Below, piece after piece: positions 10,323 to 20,571 of a stretch of 64,000 nt of DNA. The notes beneath the pieces are model-generated. The model saw only the letters and a list, made by a program, of their open reading frames with translations, was not told the DNA's origin and searched no databases. The position numbers were made by a program, and so were the translations under genes. The DNA lies in assembly GCA_016208765.1 (NCBI GenBank), contig JACQXK010000009.1, forward strand, positions 20,819-84,818, given 5' to 3'. Numbering within the stretch: position 1 is the first letter of the stretch; each line of letters starts with the position of its first letter. The DNA is from Candidatus Omnitrophota bacterium. GTDB taxonomy: Bacteria; Omnitrophota; Gorgyraeia; Gygaellales; Profunditerraquicolaceae.

Positions 10323-10484
10323 AGGGCGTCAAGGCATATTTCTCGCAGCACCGCTTGCCCCGCCCCAGCGTGGCGGGGCTGCGCTCGGGCGAAAACTTTT
10401 GCTCTGCCAGACTTCGTTATAGCGGTGCAACCGTGCCCGCAAAAGTTTTCTAACGTGCTGCTCGAAATATACCTTGTCACCTCT
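10323..10484. repeat. Structured intergenic repeat element, copy 1
   Basis: Core 10340-10466 nearly identical to 51984-52108; nested inverted repeats. Confidence 0.85.
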
Positions 10485-10494
10485 TAGTTGATAT

Positions 10495-12582
10495 TTGAGT
10501 TTGAGTAATTTTATAGAATTATCGGAGAATAATAAGTTGTCAAAAATAATTGATTACAAAAAAGAATTGAACACGGCGCAATTTGCGGCTGTGCAGTCTA
10601 CTGATGGGCCGCATCTGGTGATCGCCGGGGCCGGAAGCGGCAAGACCAGGGTTCTGACTTATAGGGTGGCGTATTTAGTTGAAAAAGGCATCAGGCCCGA
10701 TGAGATACTGCTGCTTACTTTTACACGCAAGGCATCAGAGGAGATGTTGCGCAGGGCCTCTTTGTTATTGGATGAACGCTGCAATCATGTTTCCGGCGGG
10801 ACATTTCATTCTTTTGCCAACATGGTATTAAGAAAATACGCGCAGGCAGTCGGGATCAGCAATAGTTTTACCATCCTTGACCAGTCAGATGCCGAAGATA
10901 CCGTAAATTTGGTGCGCACTCAGCTCGGGTTCCATAAAACTGATAAACGCTTTCCGCGCAAGGCAGCGCTTCTGGAGCTGATTTCAAAAAGCGTGAATAA
11001 GTCCGAGGATATTGAGAATATCTTGTATGAAGAATACTCTCATTTTATGGAATGGAGCGACGAGGTTAAGAAAATCCGTGATGAATACAAGAAATACAAG
11101 CATCTAAAATCCATGCTGGATTATGACGACCTGCTGGTTTATCTAAAAAATCTTCTTACTACCCACGAAGAGGTGCGATTAACGCTTGCGCGTAAATATA
11201 AATATATTATGGTTGATGAATATCAGGATACCAATAAATTGCAGGCTTATATCGCCTGCCTTTTGGCTTCGGAACATAAGAATATTATGGTCGTAGGCGA
11301 TGATGCTCAGAGCATCTATTCTTTTCGCGGAGCAAATTTTAAAAATATTATAGATTTCCCTAAAATCTTCCCAGGAGCGAAAATAATTGCCCTTGAAGAG
11401 AATTACCGTTCTACCCAGCCGATACTTGATTTGACTAACGCAGTTATCCGCCAGGCGCGCGATAAGTTTGAGAAAAATCTTTTTACGCGTAAGCGAGGAG
11501 ATAAGGCTCCGATTTTTATTGATGCTGAAGATGAGCATGCGCAGTCGCGGTTTATCGCAGATAAGATCTTAGAGCTGCGTGAGGAAGGGGTTGAGTTGGG
11601 AGAGATGGCGGTGTTATTTCGGTCGGGCTGGCACTCTAATGATCTGGAAATTGAGCTTTCAAGCCGGAATATACCTTTTACAAAATACGGCGGGCAAAAA
11701 TTCGTTGAGGCAGCGCACATAAAAGACATTACCGCTTACCTGCGCATAATTTATAATTTATCCGACGAGGTTAGCTGGTACCGTGCGCTTTTATTGATGC
11801 GAGGCATCGGCCCAAAGACAGCCGAGGCAGTTATCCAGCAGATTATTGCCCAGAAAAAAGGCTTAGGCATAGAAGAAAAGTTTTTGCATAAGTCGCAGGA
11901 CTTAAGGCAGCTTTTGGAGCTTTTTTCCAAAGTAAGTTCAGAGAGCCTCAAGCCCGCTGAAATGATAGAAATATTTTTAGGTTACTATCAACCGCTACTT
12001 AAAGACAAATATGATGATTTTCCAAAACGCCTTAACGACCTTGATTCTCTGATGCGCATTGCTGCGCGCTACCGGTCTTTGGAAAGTTTTCTTTCGGACA
12101 TGGCGCTTGATCCGCCGGAGAGAAGCATTGTTGAAGCAGGGTTTAGGGATAAGGATGATTCAAGGCTGACATTATCAACCATACATTCGGCAAAAGGACT
12201 GGAATGGCATACTGTATTTTTAATTTATGTGGCAGAAGGATATATGCCGTCTTATTTGTCATTAGAAAATGAAGATGAGATTGAAGAGGAACGCAGGCTT
12301 TTTTATGTGGCGGCGACACGCGCAAAAGAAAACCTGTTTTTATTAAAACCGCACCTTGACCGCCCGATGCGCGGTATGATGAATGAGGGCCGCCAAATTT
12401 TTACGCAGGTTTCCAGATTTTTGGAGGAAGGAAAGATCTTGGACAGGTTTGTGGATGTGCATGAGCTTGGTCCCCTGGATGCCCTTGATGATCTGGATGT
12501 TGAAGATATCCTTGGCCGCAGGCCTCAGGGAGAAGGAAAGTTTTTTAAAGAAATGCGGGAGTATTTTAATGATGCTCCTTGA
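10495..12582 (+). CDS. UvrD/PcrA/Rep family ATP-dependent helicase
   Basis: IAGAGSGKT, MVDEYQDTN, VGDDAQSIYSFRGA, NYRS, STIHSAKGLEW, EERRLFYVAATRA. True start may be TTG at 10537. Confidence 0.93.
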   Translation: MSLSNFIELSENNKLSKIIDYKKELNTAQFAAVQSTDGPHLVIAGAGSGKTRVLTYRVAYLVEKGIRPDEILLLTFTRKASEEMLRRASLLLDERCNHVSGGTFHSFANMVLRKYAQAVGISNSFTILDQSDAEDTVNLVRTQLGFHKTDKRFPRKAALLELISKSVNKSEDIENILYEEYSHFMEWSDEVKKIRDEYKKYKHLKSMLDYDDLLVYLKNLLTTHEEVRLTLARKYKYIMVDEYQDTNKLQAYIACLLASEHKNIMVVGDDAQSIYSFRGANFKNIIDFPKIFPGAKIIALEENYRSTQPILDLTNAVIRQARDKFEKNLFTRKRGDKAPIFIDAEDEHAQSRFIADKILELREEGVELGEMAVLFRSGWHSNDLEIELSSRNIPFTKYGGQKFVEAAHIKDITAYLRIIYNLSDEVSWYRALLLMRGIGPKTAEAVIQQIIAQKKGLGIEEKFLHKSQDLRQLLELFSKVSSESLKPAEMIEIFLGYYQPLLKDKYDDFPKRLNDLDSLMRIAARYRSLESFLSDMALDPPERSIVEAGFRDKDDSRLTLSTIHSAKGLEWHTVFLIYVAEGYMPSYLSLENEDEIEEERRLFYVAATRAKENLFLLKPHLDRPMRGMMNEGRQIFTQVSRFLEEGKILDRFVDVHELGPLDALDDLDVEDILGRRPQGEGKFFKEMREYFNDAP

Positions 12583-12727
12583 CAAATGGGGATATAAATG
12601 TTAAGCTTATTCAAGTAAATTAACCCTTTAAGCTGGCCCCGGTGAGGGCGGCAAGGCAAGGAAGAATGAATTGCAAAATTATTATAAACAGGTTAACCTC
12701 CGGCTCAAGAATAGCTGGAGGTTTTTT
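12579..12727 (+). promoter_or_regulatory. pyr promoter plus PyrR-binding attenuator and terminator
   Basis: TTGACA-17-TAAGCT; CTTTAA..GGCCCCGGTGAGGGC resembles the PyrR binding loop; hairpin aacctccggct/agctggaggtt + T-run at 12695-12727, upstream of pyrR. Confidence 0.75.
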
Positions 12728-12741
12728 ATTGTAGGAATACC

Positions 12742-13278
12742 ATGAGAGAAAAAGCCAAGATTTTAGATCCAGAAGCAATAAACCGGGCGATGATGCGCAT
12801 TGCCCATGAGATCCTTGAGAAAAATAAAGGCACGGAATCGCTGTGTATTATCGGTATACGCAACCGTGGGGCGTATTTGGCGCAGAGATTAGCAGAGCGT
12901 ATTAAGAAAATTGATGCTGCAGATGTTCCTGTAGGGGTTCTTGATATTACTTTATACCGAGATGATCTTACGCTGATTGCCTCCCAGCCTGTGGTGCATA
13001 AGACAGAGATTAATTTTGACATCAGCGATAAAAACCTGATTTTAGTAGATGATGTTTTATATAGCGGAAGGACGATCCGCGCTGCGCTTGATGCTTTGGT
13101 TGATTTTGGGCGGCCTAAAAGTATTCAACTTGCGGTTTTAATTGACCGCGGGCATCGGGAATTGCCGATTCGCGCGGATTATGTGGGCAAAAACATACCT
13201 ACTGCGCAGACTGAAACAGTTGAGGTCCGCCTTCATGAATGCGACGATAAAGATGAGGTTGTGATTATTGAGAAATAA
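12742..13278 (+). CDS. pyrR: Pyrimidine operon regulator / uracil phosphoribosyltransferase
   Basis: [37 protein letters not shown]. Confidence 0.96.
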   Translation: MREKAKILDPEAINRAMMRIAHEILEKNKGTESLCIIGIRNRGAYLAQRLAERIKKIDAADVPVGVLDITLYRDDLTLIASQPVVHKTEINFDISDKNLILVDDVLYSGRTIRAALDALVDFGRPKSIQLAVLIDRGHRELPIRADYVGKNIPTAQTETVEVRLHECDDKDEVVIIEK

Positions 13279-13301
13279 AATGGTTACTTGGGCTAATAAT
13301 T

Positions 13302-14243
13302 ATGAATTGGAATAAAAAAGATTTATTGGGCCTTGAAGAATTAAGCAAAGAAGAATTAGAACATATTTTGGCCACCGCTGAATCTTTTAAAGAAGTCTCC
13401 ACGCGCGAAATTAAAAAAGTCCCTGCTTTACGCGGAAAAACCGTGGTGAATTTATTTTATGAGCCTTCCACGCGAACACGCGTTTCCTTTGAAGTGGCGG
13501 CAAAAAGATTATCTGCCGACGTGATCAATATCGCTACCGAAACATCAAGCGTAAAAAAAGGCGAAACGTTAATTGATACCGGAAGAAATATTCAGGCGCT
13601 TAAAGCTGATATTATTGTTATGCGGCATAATTATTCAGGGGCAGCGGTAATGCTGGCGCGCCATGTTGATATAAGCGTGGTTAATGCAGGAGATGGCTGG
13701 CATGAACATCCGACACAGGCACTTTTAGATATTTTTACCCTTAAAGAAAAGCTCGGGAGGATTGAGGGTTTGCAAGTGGCGATTGTAGGCGACATTGCGC
13801 ATTCCCGTGTAGCACGCTCAAATATCTGGGGGCTGACAAAACTTGGGGCCGAGGTAACTGTCTGTGCCCCAAAGATTTTAATTCCTCCGGGAATTGAGGA
13901 GATGGGCGCGAAAGTTAGCTTAAATATCAATGAGGCATTAAAAAACGCTGATGCGGTAAATGTGCTACGAATGCAGTTTGAGCGCGATGAATTAAATGCG
14001 TTTCCGAAGCAATTGGAATATTTTAAGGAATTTGGGATCACGAAAGAAAGATTGAAAGAGGCAAAAAAAGGTATAGTTGTAATGCATCCCGGGCCGATAA
14101 ACCGCGGGGTGGAAATGTCCAGTGAAGTTGCTGATGGTGCTAATTCAGTAATTTTGGAGCAGGTGACTAATGGTATTGCTGTGAGGATGGCGGTGTTGTT
14201 TTTAGTTGCACAAGCAAGGGATATTAATGCAAATACTCATTAA
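13302..14243 (+). CDS. pyrB: Aspartate carbamoyltransferase catalytic subunit
   Basis: FYEPSTRTRVSF, HPTQALLD, HPGP. Confidence 0.97.
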   Translation: MNWNKKDLLGLEELSKEELEHILATAESFKEVSTREIKKVPALRGKTVVNLFYEPSTRTRVSFEVAAKRLSADVINIATETSSVKKGETLIDTGRNIQALKADIIVMRHNYSGAAVMLARHVDISVVNAGDGWHEHPTQALLDIFTLKEKLGRIEGLQVAIVGDIAHSRVARSNIWGLTKLGAEVTVCAPKILIPPGIEEMGAKVSLNINEALKNADAVNVLRMQFERDELNAFPKQLEYFKEFGITKERLKEAKKGIVVMHPGPINRGVEMSSEVADGANSVILEQVTNGIAVRMAVLFLVAQARDINANTH

Positions 14244-15507
14244 AGGCGGCAGGGTGGTTGATCCGGCAAACAATATAGACGGCATTTTTGATATTCTCGT
14301 TGAAAATTCTAAAATTGCTAAAGTGGCAAAGAATATTAAAGATGAAGCTAAATTGGTAATTGATGCTGCTGATAAAATTGTCCTTCCGGGTTTGGTGGAC
14401 ATGCATGTGCATTTAAGAGAGCCGGGTAGAGAAGACAAAGAAACTGTTGAAAGCGGCACAATGGCTGCTGCCCGGGGCGGAGTAACTACGCTTCTGGCTA
14501 TGCCGAATACTTTTCCTGCAATTGATTCAGCTGAAAACGTTTCTCTGTTAAAAGAAATTATTAAAAACAGCGCCAAGGTGAATGTGTTGATTTGCGGGGC
14601 AATTTCCAGGCAAAGGCTGGGAAAGGAACTTACGGATATTGCCGGGCTGCGCTCTGCAGGCGTTGTGGTAATCTCCGACGACGGCTCTTCTGTTGATGAT
14701 CAAGCCTTGCTGCTTGAGGCTTTAAAAAAAGCTAATCAGGAGGATGTTTTAGTATCAAGCCATTGCGAGGATAAGTCGTTATCAGGAAATGGAGTGGTCA
14801 ATCGCGGATTTAATGCTACTCGCCTGGGCCTAAGAGGAATTTCAAAGGAATCTGAATATTTACGGGTAGAAAGAGATATAGAGTTAGCAGAGAAATCCGG
14901 CACAAGAATGCATATCGCGCATGTCAGTTGCAGCGAATCTGTAGAGATCATTGCAAAAGCCAAGAAAAAAGGAGTAAAGGTAACCAGCGAAGCTGCGCCG
15001 CATCACTTTGCCTTAAACGAAGAGGCGGTATTAGGATATGATACGAACATGAAAATGAACCCTCCGCTACGCAGCAAGCAGGATGTAGAGGCGATCAAGA
15101 AAGGTTTAAAGAGCGGAGTAATTGATGCGATTGCCTCGGATCACGCCCCGCATACTGAGAATGAAAAAGATATTGAGTTTGACCGCGCAGAGTTTGGAGT
15201 GATTGGCCTTGAAACCGAATTGTCAGTAGCGATTACAGAGTTGGTAGAGAAAGACGTTCTTGATTGGAAAAAGCTCGTTGAGAAAATGTCATATAACCCG
15301 GCTAAAATTTTAGGTATTGCTAAGGGTGCTCTGGGTGTTGGCAGTGATGCGGACATTGTAATTATTGACCCAAGCAAAGAATGGCTGGTAAAAAAAGAAG
15401 ATTTTTTGTCCAAGTCAAAGAATTCAGCTTTTATCGGCAAAAAGCTTAAAGGAGTAGTTGAATATACGTTCTGCAGTGGTAAGATAATTTATAAAGCTAA
15501 GGAATAA
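14227..15507 (+). CDS. pyrC: Dihydroorotase
   Basis: DMHVHLREPG, KMNPPLR, ASDHAPH. Confidence 0.95.
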   Translation: MQILIKGGRVVDPANNIDGIFDILVENSKIAKVAKNIKDEAKLVIDAADKIVLPGLVDMHVHLREPGREDKETVESGTMAAARGGVTTLLAMPNTFPAIDSAENVSLLKEIIKNSAKVNVLICGAISRQRLGKELTDIAGLRSAGVVVISDDGSSVDDQALLLEALKKANQEDVLVSSHCEDKSLSGNGVVNRGFNATRLGLRGISKESEYLRVERDIELAEKSGTRMHIAHVSCSESVEIIAKAKKKGVKVTSEAAPHHFALNEEAVLGYDTNMKMNPPLRSKQDVEAIKKGLKSGVIDAIASDHAPHTENEKDIEFDRAEFGVIGLETELSVAITELVEKDVLDWKKLVEKMSYNPAKILGIAKGALGVGSDADIVIIDPSKEWLVKKEDFLSKSKNSAFIGKKLKGVVEYTFCSGKIIYKAKE

Positions 15508-15527
15508 TAAGGGGTTCAGTATTAAAA

Positions 15528-16763
15528 ATGGAATTCATTGCTGATTTTCATATTCATTCAAAATATTCAAGGGCAACCAGTAAGGATATGGATGTTGCCC
15601 ACATTTCTGAATTTGCCAAGCTTAAGGGCATTACCCTGATGGGTACAGGTGATTTTACGCACCACTTATGGCTGGAGGAATTAAAGCATAATTTAGAAGA
15701 TTCCGGGAACGGCCTTTTTAAACATAAAGGGGTTAATTTTATCCTGAGTGCTGAGATAAGCAGCATTTATTCCAAGAATTCAAAAGGTTACAGGATACAT
15801 AATTTAATTTTTGCGCCTTCATTTAAAACAGTAGATAAAATTAATGATGTTTTAGGCAGGTGCGGCAATCTTGCTAGCGACGGAAGGCCGATATTGGGCT
15901 TAGACGCCCAGGAGCTTGCCAGGATAGTTTTTGATATTGATGAAAATTGCATGGTGGTTCCTGCTCATATTTGGACGCCGTGGTTTAGCCTGTTCGGCTC
16001 TATGTCCGGATTTGACAAAATTGAAGATTGTTTTGGAAAAGAAACCGATAAAATTTTTGCCTTAGAAACCGGTTTGTCCAGCGACCCGGGTATGAATTGG
16101 CGCTTAAGCGCTTTAGATAGATTTAGCCTGATCTCTAACAGTGATTCGCATTCTCCGCAGAAGATCGGGCGTGAGGCAAATGTATTTAACTGTGATCTGG
16201 ATTATAAAACGATACGCGAAGTTTTAAAGGCAAAAGACATGAGCAGATTTTTGTACACAATTGAATTTTTTCCTGAAGAGGGGAAGTATCATTATGATGG
16301 CCACAGGCTTTGTGAAACCAGGATGTCTCCAAAAGAAACCAGGAATAATAATGGCAAGTGCCCGAAATGCGGTAAACCTGTAACTGTGGGTGTGATGAAC
16401 CGTGTTGAAAAATTAGCAGACCGCGCAGAAGGCTTTGTTCCTACTGTCAGCATTCCATATAGAAATTTAATTTCTCTTGATGAAATAATTGCTGACGCAA
16501 AAAGTGTTGGGAAGAATTCTATTAGTGTAGAAAGAGACTACCGGAGTTATGTAGCAAAATTCGGGACTGAGTTTGAAATTCTTCTGCGGGCTTCAAAAGA
16601 GGAGTTGCTTAAAGCTCTGCCTGCGCGTGTGGTTGAGGGGGTATTGCGCGTGCGTGAAGGCAAGGTTAATATTAAAGCCGGTTATGATGGCGAGTATGGT
16701 ATTATCTCAATCTTTGGAAACGAAGAAAAAGAAAAAAGCGAGAAACAATTAAGTTTATTTTAA
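15528..16763 (+). CDS. Endonuclease Q family PHP-domain protein
   Basis: DFHIHSKYSRAT, PAHIWTPW, SNSDSHS, GKYHYDGHR, CPKCG. Confidence 0.85.
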   Translation: MEFIADFHIHSKYSRATSKDMDVAHISEFAKLKGITLMGTGDFTHHLWLEELKHNLEDSGNGLFKHKGVNFILSAEISSIYSKNSKGYRIHNLIFAPSFKTVDKINDVLGRCGNLASDGRPILGLDAQELARIVFDIDENCMVVPAHIWTPWFSLFGSMSGFDKIEDCFGKETDKIFALETGLSSDPGMNWRLSALDRFSLISNSDSHSPQKIGREANVFNCDLDYKTIREVLKAKDMSRFLYTIEFFPEEGKYHYDGHRLCETRMSPKETRNNNGKCPKCGKPVTVGVMNRVEKLADRAEGFVPTVSIPYRNLISLDEIIADAKSVGKNSISVERDYRSYVAKFGTEFEILLRASKEELLKALPARVVEGVLRVREGKVNIKAGYDGEYGIISIFGNEEKEKSEKQLSLF

Positions 16764-16883
16764 AATATTCTTAATCCCGCTTTCCCCTTCAAATTGGAAA
16801 CAGTTTCCGCTTTAATCCAGAAACTGTTTCCAGGGTAATCGGGACAGTGGGTCTGGGTCAGTTGTCAGTTGTAATTGAAATAC

Positions 16884-16955
16884 GCCCCTGTCGCCCAATG
16901 GATAGGGCACTGGCCTCCGAAGCCAGTTGTACAGGTTCGACTCCTGTCAGGGGCA
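16884..16955 (+). tRNA. tRNA-Arg(CCG)
   Basis: Cloverleaf; anticodon arm ctggc-ctCCGaa-gccag; GTTCGA T-loop. Confidence 0.95.
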
Positions 16956-17038
16956 TGAATAAGCCGTGGAACAGGTCAATTGTAACTGCTTGTAAGTCAA
17001 TGAGATAATGAGAAACAACCCTGAATTTGAGGAGAAAT

Positions 17039-17497
17039 ATGCAGAAAAAAGTAGTTGGGGTGGTTGGTGGGAGGGAATGCACGGTTGAGGTGGAGCAACT
17101 TGCCCATAAGTTAGGCAAAGAACTGGTAAGAGTGGCAGATGTGTTAGTTTCCGGCGGTTTAGGTGGAGCAATGGAGGCAGCAACATCAGGTTTTAAAAGT
17201 GCTGGAGGCTTAACCATAGGTATTTTACCCGGTTACAACAAAATTGATGCAAATAAACATGTAGACATAGCAATTCCTACAGGTTTAGGTTTAGCGCGTA
17301 ATGTTTTAGTAGTTAAATCAGCTGATGTGGTTGTGGCTTTGCCGGGCAATGCAGGGACTCTTTCTGAGATTGCTTATTGTTTGCAGTTTGATATTCCGGT
17401 AATTAGCTTAAATTCCTGGGATATTCCCGGGGTTATAAAGGTAAATACAATAGAAGAAGCAATTGCGCAAGTGGCATTGCGATTGGAGAAGAAATGA
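17039..17497 (+). CDS. TIGR00725/LOG-like family protein
   Basis: SGGLGGAMEA, TGLGLARN, GTLSEIA; GGAG RBS before ATG 17039. Confidence 0.85.
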   Translation: MQKKVVGVVGGRECTVEVEQLAHKLGKELVRVADVLVSGGLGGAMEAATSGFKSAGGLTIGILPGYNKIDANKHVDIAIPTGLGLARNVLVVKSADVVVALPGNAGTLSEIAYCLQFDIPVISLNSWDIPGVIKVNTIEEAIAQVALRLEKK

Positions 17498-19062
17498 AGC
17501 AGAGTGTTGTAATTTTAGGCGGTGGCCCAAACAGGATTGGCCAGGGTATTGAATTTGATTATTGTTGTTGTCATGCTGCCTTTGCCTTAAAAGAAGAGGG
17601 TGTTGAAAGTATTATGATTAATTGTAACCCCGAAACAGTCTCCACAGACTATGATACTTCAGACCGCCTGTACTTTGAGCCGCTGACATTTGAAGATATT
17701 ATGAGCATCATTGAATTAGAAAAACCAATGGGTGTTATTGTGCAATTTGGAGGGCAGACGCCTTTAAATCTTGCGGTTTCTCTGCGTAAGGCAGGGGTTA
17801 ATCTGTTGGGGACCAGCGCCGATTCAATTGATATTGCAGAGGACAGGAAGCGTTTTAAGCAAATGCTTGACAAACTTGGTTTGTTACAGCCTGCCAATGG
17901 CACGGTATTTACTTTTGAAGAAGCAAAAGAAGTTGCACGGGAAATCGGCTATCCTGTGTTGGTGAGGCCTTCTTATGTTTTAGGCGGCAGGGCTATGGAA
18001 ATTGTTTATGACGAGTCAACTCTTGCCAGGTTTATTAAGGAGGCAGCTGCAGTTTCCGGAGAGCATCCGGTTTTAATTGATAAATTCCTTGAAGATGCGA
18101 TTGAGGTGGATGCCGACCTGATTGGAGACGGAGAAAACTTTGTCATCGGCGGGATTATGGAGCATATTGAGGAAGCGGGGATTCATTCCGGCGATTCAGC
18201 AATGGCCCTGCCTACCTTTACGCTTTCAAAAGAAATCCTGGAAAAGATCCGTGAGGCCACAATTAAAATGGCAAAAGAATTAAATATCCTGGGCCTAATG
18301 AATGTGCAATACGCGGTTAAGGATGGCAAGGCCTTTGTTTTAGAAGTTAATCCGCGCGCCTCCCGCACCGTGCCTTTTGTTTCAAAGGTCATCGGAGTGC
18401 CGCTTGCGAAATTGGCCACTAAAATCATGCTCGGTAAAAAGCTGAAAGACCTGGGTTTTAGTAAGGAAATAATCCCAAATCATGTGGCGGTAAAAGAATC
18501 TGTATTTCCATTTAACCGTTTTCCGGGAGTGGATATAATCCTTGGCCCGGAGATGAAATCAGCCGGAGAGGTCATGGGGATGGATGTTGATTTCGGCAGG
18601 GCGTTTTTAAAAAGCCAGATTGCCGCCGGGCAGCATTTACCCAAAAAAGGCAATGTGTTTATTTCAGTGCGCGACCGCGACAAGAACGCGATTGTGCCGA
18701 TTGCAAAAAAACTGGCAGGCCTTGGTTTTTCTTTGTATGCCAGTTCTGGCACAGCAGCCTCGCTTGTGGAAAATGGGGTTGAGGTTAAGATTCTGCCTAA
18801 GCTCGCTGAAGGAAGGCCGAATGTAATTGACTTGATGAAAGACGGTAAGATCCAGTTGGTAATTAATACGCCTTCAGGCAGGGTGCCGCGCGAGGATGAA
18901 GTAAAAATACGTTCTCATGTTGTTTGGTATAATATTGCTTATACTACGACTATTTCCGGAGCGCAGGCAACAGTAAATGGAATTGAAGCCCTGTTGAAGG
19001 AAGAATTGGGAGTAAAACCTTTGCAGGAATATTATAGTAAGGGAAAAAAGAAACAAAAATAA
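17494..19062 (+). CDS. carB: Carbamoyl-phosphate synthase large subunit, C-terminal half
   Basis: LGGGPNRIGQGIEFDYC, NCNPETVSTDYD, EVNPRASRT, MGS domain; only 522 aa. Confidence 0.9.
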   Translation: MKQSVVILGGGPNRIGQGIEFDYCCCHAAFALKEEGVESIMINCNPETVSTDYDTSDRLYFEPLTFEDIMSIIELEKPMGVIVQFGGQTPLNLAVSLRKAGVNLLGTSADSIDIAEDRKRFKQMLDKLGLLQPANGTVFTFEEAKEVAREIGYPVLVRPSYVLGGRAMEIVYDESTLARFIKEAAAVSGEHPVLIDKFLEDAIEVDADLIGDGENFVIGGIMEHIEEAGIHSGDSAMALPTFTLSKEILEKIREATIKMAKELNILGLMNVQYAVKDGKAFVLEVNPRASRTVPFVSKVIGVPLAKLATKIMLGKKLKDLGFSKEIIPNHVAVKESVFPFNRFPGVDIILGPEMKSAGEVMGMDVDFGRAFLKSQIAAGQHLPKKGNVFISVRDRDKNAIVPIAKKLAGLGFSLYASSGTAASLVENGVEVKILPKLAEGRPNVIDLMKDGKIQLVINTPSGRVPREDEVKIRSHVVWYNIAYTTTISGAQATVNGIEALLKEELGVKPLQEYYSKGKKKQK

Positions 19063-19067
19063 ATAAA

Positions 19068-19868
19068 ATGCCTGAATTGCCAGAAGTTGAAACTGTAAAA
19101 AGAGAATTGGCCCAAGCGATTGTTGGTAAGAAGATAGTTGAGGTAATTATTAATAATCCTAAGGTTATCCGCCAGCCCAAGCCAAAAGAATTTTCCGAAG
19201 GCTTGAAAAACCTGAGCGTTAAAGAAATACTTCGTAAGGGGAAGTTATTAATTATTCAGCTTTCAAACGGCAAATCTTTGGCAATTCATTTAAAGATGAC
19301 CGGCCAGCTTATTTTTCCCGGAGACGGTTCAAACAGCAGGGTAAGTTTTAAGTTTTCAGACGGTAAATTTATGGACTTTCGCGACCGGCGCCTGTTTGCA
19401 GAGCTTTCTCTGGTAAACGACTGGAGAGAGCTGAAATTTATAAAATCATTAGGGCCGGAGCCGTTTGATTTAACCCAAAGCGAATTCAGGCAGATGCTTA
19501 TTAAAAAGAATTCTAAAATAAAGCCGCTCTTGATGGATCAGAATTTTGTTTCCGGGATAGGAAACCTTTATGCTGCCGAGGCGTTGTTCCGGGCGAGGAT
19601 CCATCCTGAGAGAAAGGCCTCTAGTTTAACTGAAAAAGAAACAAACTTGCTTTTTAAAGAGATCAACGGCACACTCCATGAAGCAATTAAGTCTAAGGGT
19701 TCATCAATAGACCAGTATGTGCAATTAGACGGCCAGCGCGGAGGGTATGTTAAATATCACAAGGTTTATGGCAGGCAAAATAAGCCTTGCCTGGTTTGTA
19801 AGATGCCGATTAAAAGGATTAGCATGGGGGGCAGGGGTACATATTTTTGCCCAAGGTGTCAAAAATGA
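19068..19868 (+). CDS. mutM: Formamidopyrimidine-DNA glycosylase
   Basis: MPELPEVE, HLKMTG, GIGNLYA, C-terminal zinc finger CPRCQ. Confidence 0.97.
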   Translation: MPELPEVETVKRELAQAIVGKKIVEVIINNPKVIRQPKPKEFSEGLKNLSVKEILRKGKLLIIQLSNGKSLAIHLKMTGQLIFPGDGSNSRVSFKFSDGKFMDFRDRRLFAELSLVNDWRELKFIKSLGPEPFDLTQSEFRQMLIKKNSKIKPLLMDQNFVSGIGNLYAAEALFRARIHPERKASSLTEKETNLLFKEINGTLHEAIKSKGSSIDQYVQLDGQRGGYVKYHKVYGRQNKPCLVCKMPIKRISMGGRGTYFCPRCQK

Positions 19869-20566
19869 AAAAACGCATTAAAATTAACGGGGTTATAATA
19901 TTTCTTGCTGTGGTGGTAATGGCGTTATTCCCAAAAGTTTTCTTCCGTCAGGCAGGAGGGCTGTTTGGAGATGTTGCAGAAATATTTGGCATCATTTTTG
20001 TTTTGTTAGGGCAGGTCTTACGCATTTCTGCTCGTGGATACAAAGCAGAAAATTCCCAGAACAGCCACAGGCTTATACAAGAAGGCCCTTATTCTTTGGT
20101 GCGAAACCCCATGTATTTAGGGATATTTCTTATAGGTTTTGGTGTGGTGCTTTGGTTATTTCAGATATGGGTAATTGTGGTTTTTCTGTTATTTTTCATC
20201 GTGCGTTACAATTTACTGATCATGGAAGAAGAAGAAAAGCTGGTAAAGTTCTTCCCCCAGGAATATCCTGTTTACCAGAGAAATGTTCCGCGCATCCTGC
20301 CTAATTTCTTGAAACTGAATAAGCAGGATATCGCAGAGTATCTGCCGGTAAAATTAAATTGGATCAAGAAAGAAATCAACTCCATTATACCGGTTTTGGC
20401 AGTGTCTTTTTTTATCGGGGCCTGGAAACAATTAAGGTTCTCCGGAATAAGCGGGCTTGTTAAAGAAGCAGTTATTTTTGACAGCGTGGTTATCATATTT
20501 ATCGGTTTGATACTATATTTGGCAAGAAATACAAGAGCAAATCTTAGCGGAAAAGAAAAAGGATAA
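19865..20566 (+). CDS. Isoprenylcysteine carboxyl methyltransferase/PEMT family membrane protein
   Basis: GPYSLVRNPMYLG, EEEKL, Y..Y...VPR. Confidence 0.8.
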   Translation: MKKRIKINGVIIFLAVVVMALFPKVFFRQAGGLFGDVAEIFGIIFVLLGQVLRISARGYKAENSQNSHRLIQEGPYSLVRNPMYLGIFLIGFGVVLWLFQIWVIVVFLLFFIVRYNLLIMEEEEKLVKFFPQEYPVYQRNVPRILPNFLKLNKQDIAEYLPVKLNWIKKEINSIIPVLAVSFFIGAWKQLRFSGISGLVKEAVIFDSVVIIFIGLILYLARNTRANLSGKEKG

Positions 20567-20571
20567 AAAGC

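Noticed and set aside
16790-16876. Inverted repeat tggaaacagtttc/gaaactgtttcca and GTCAGTT x2 before tRNA-Arg
   Set aside because: Single occurrence, compatible with an ordinary terminator or operator; too short for a stronger claim.
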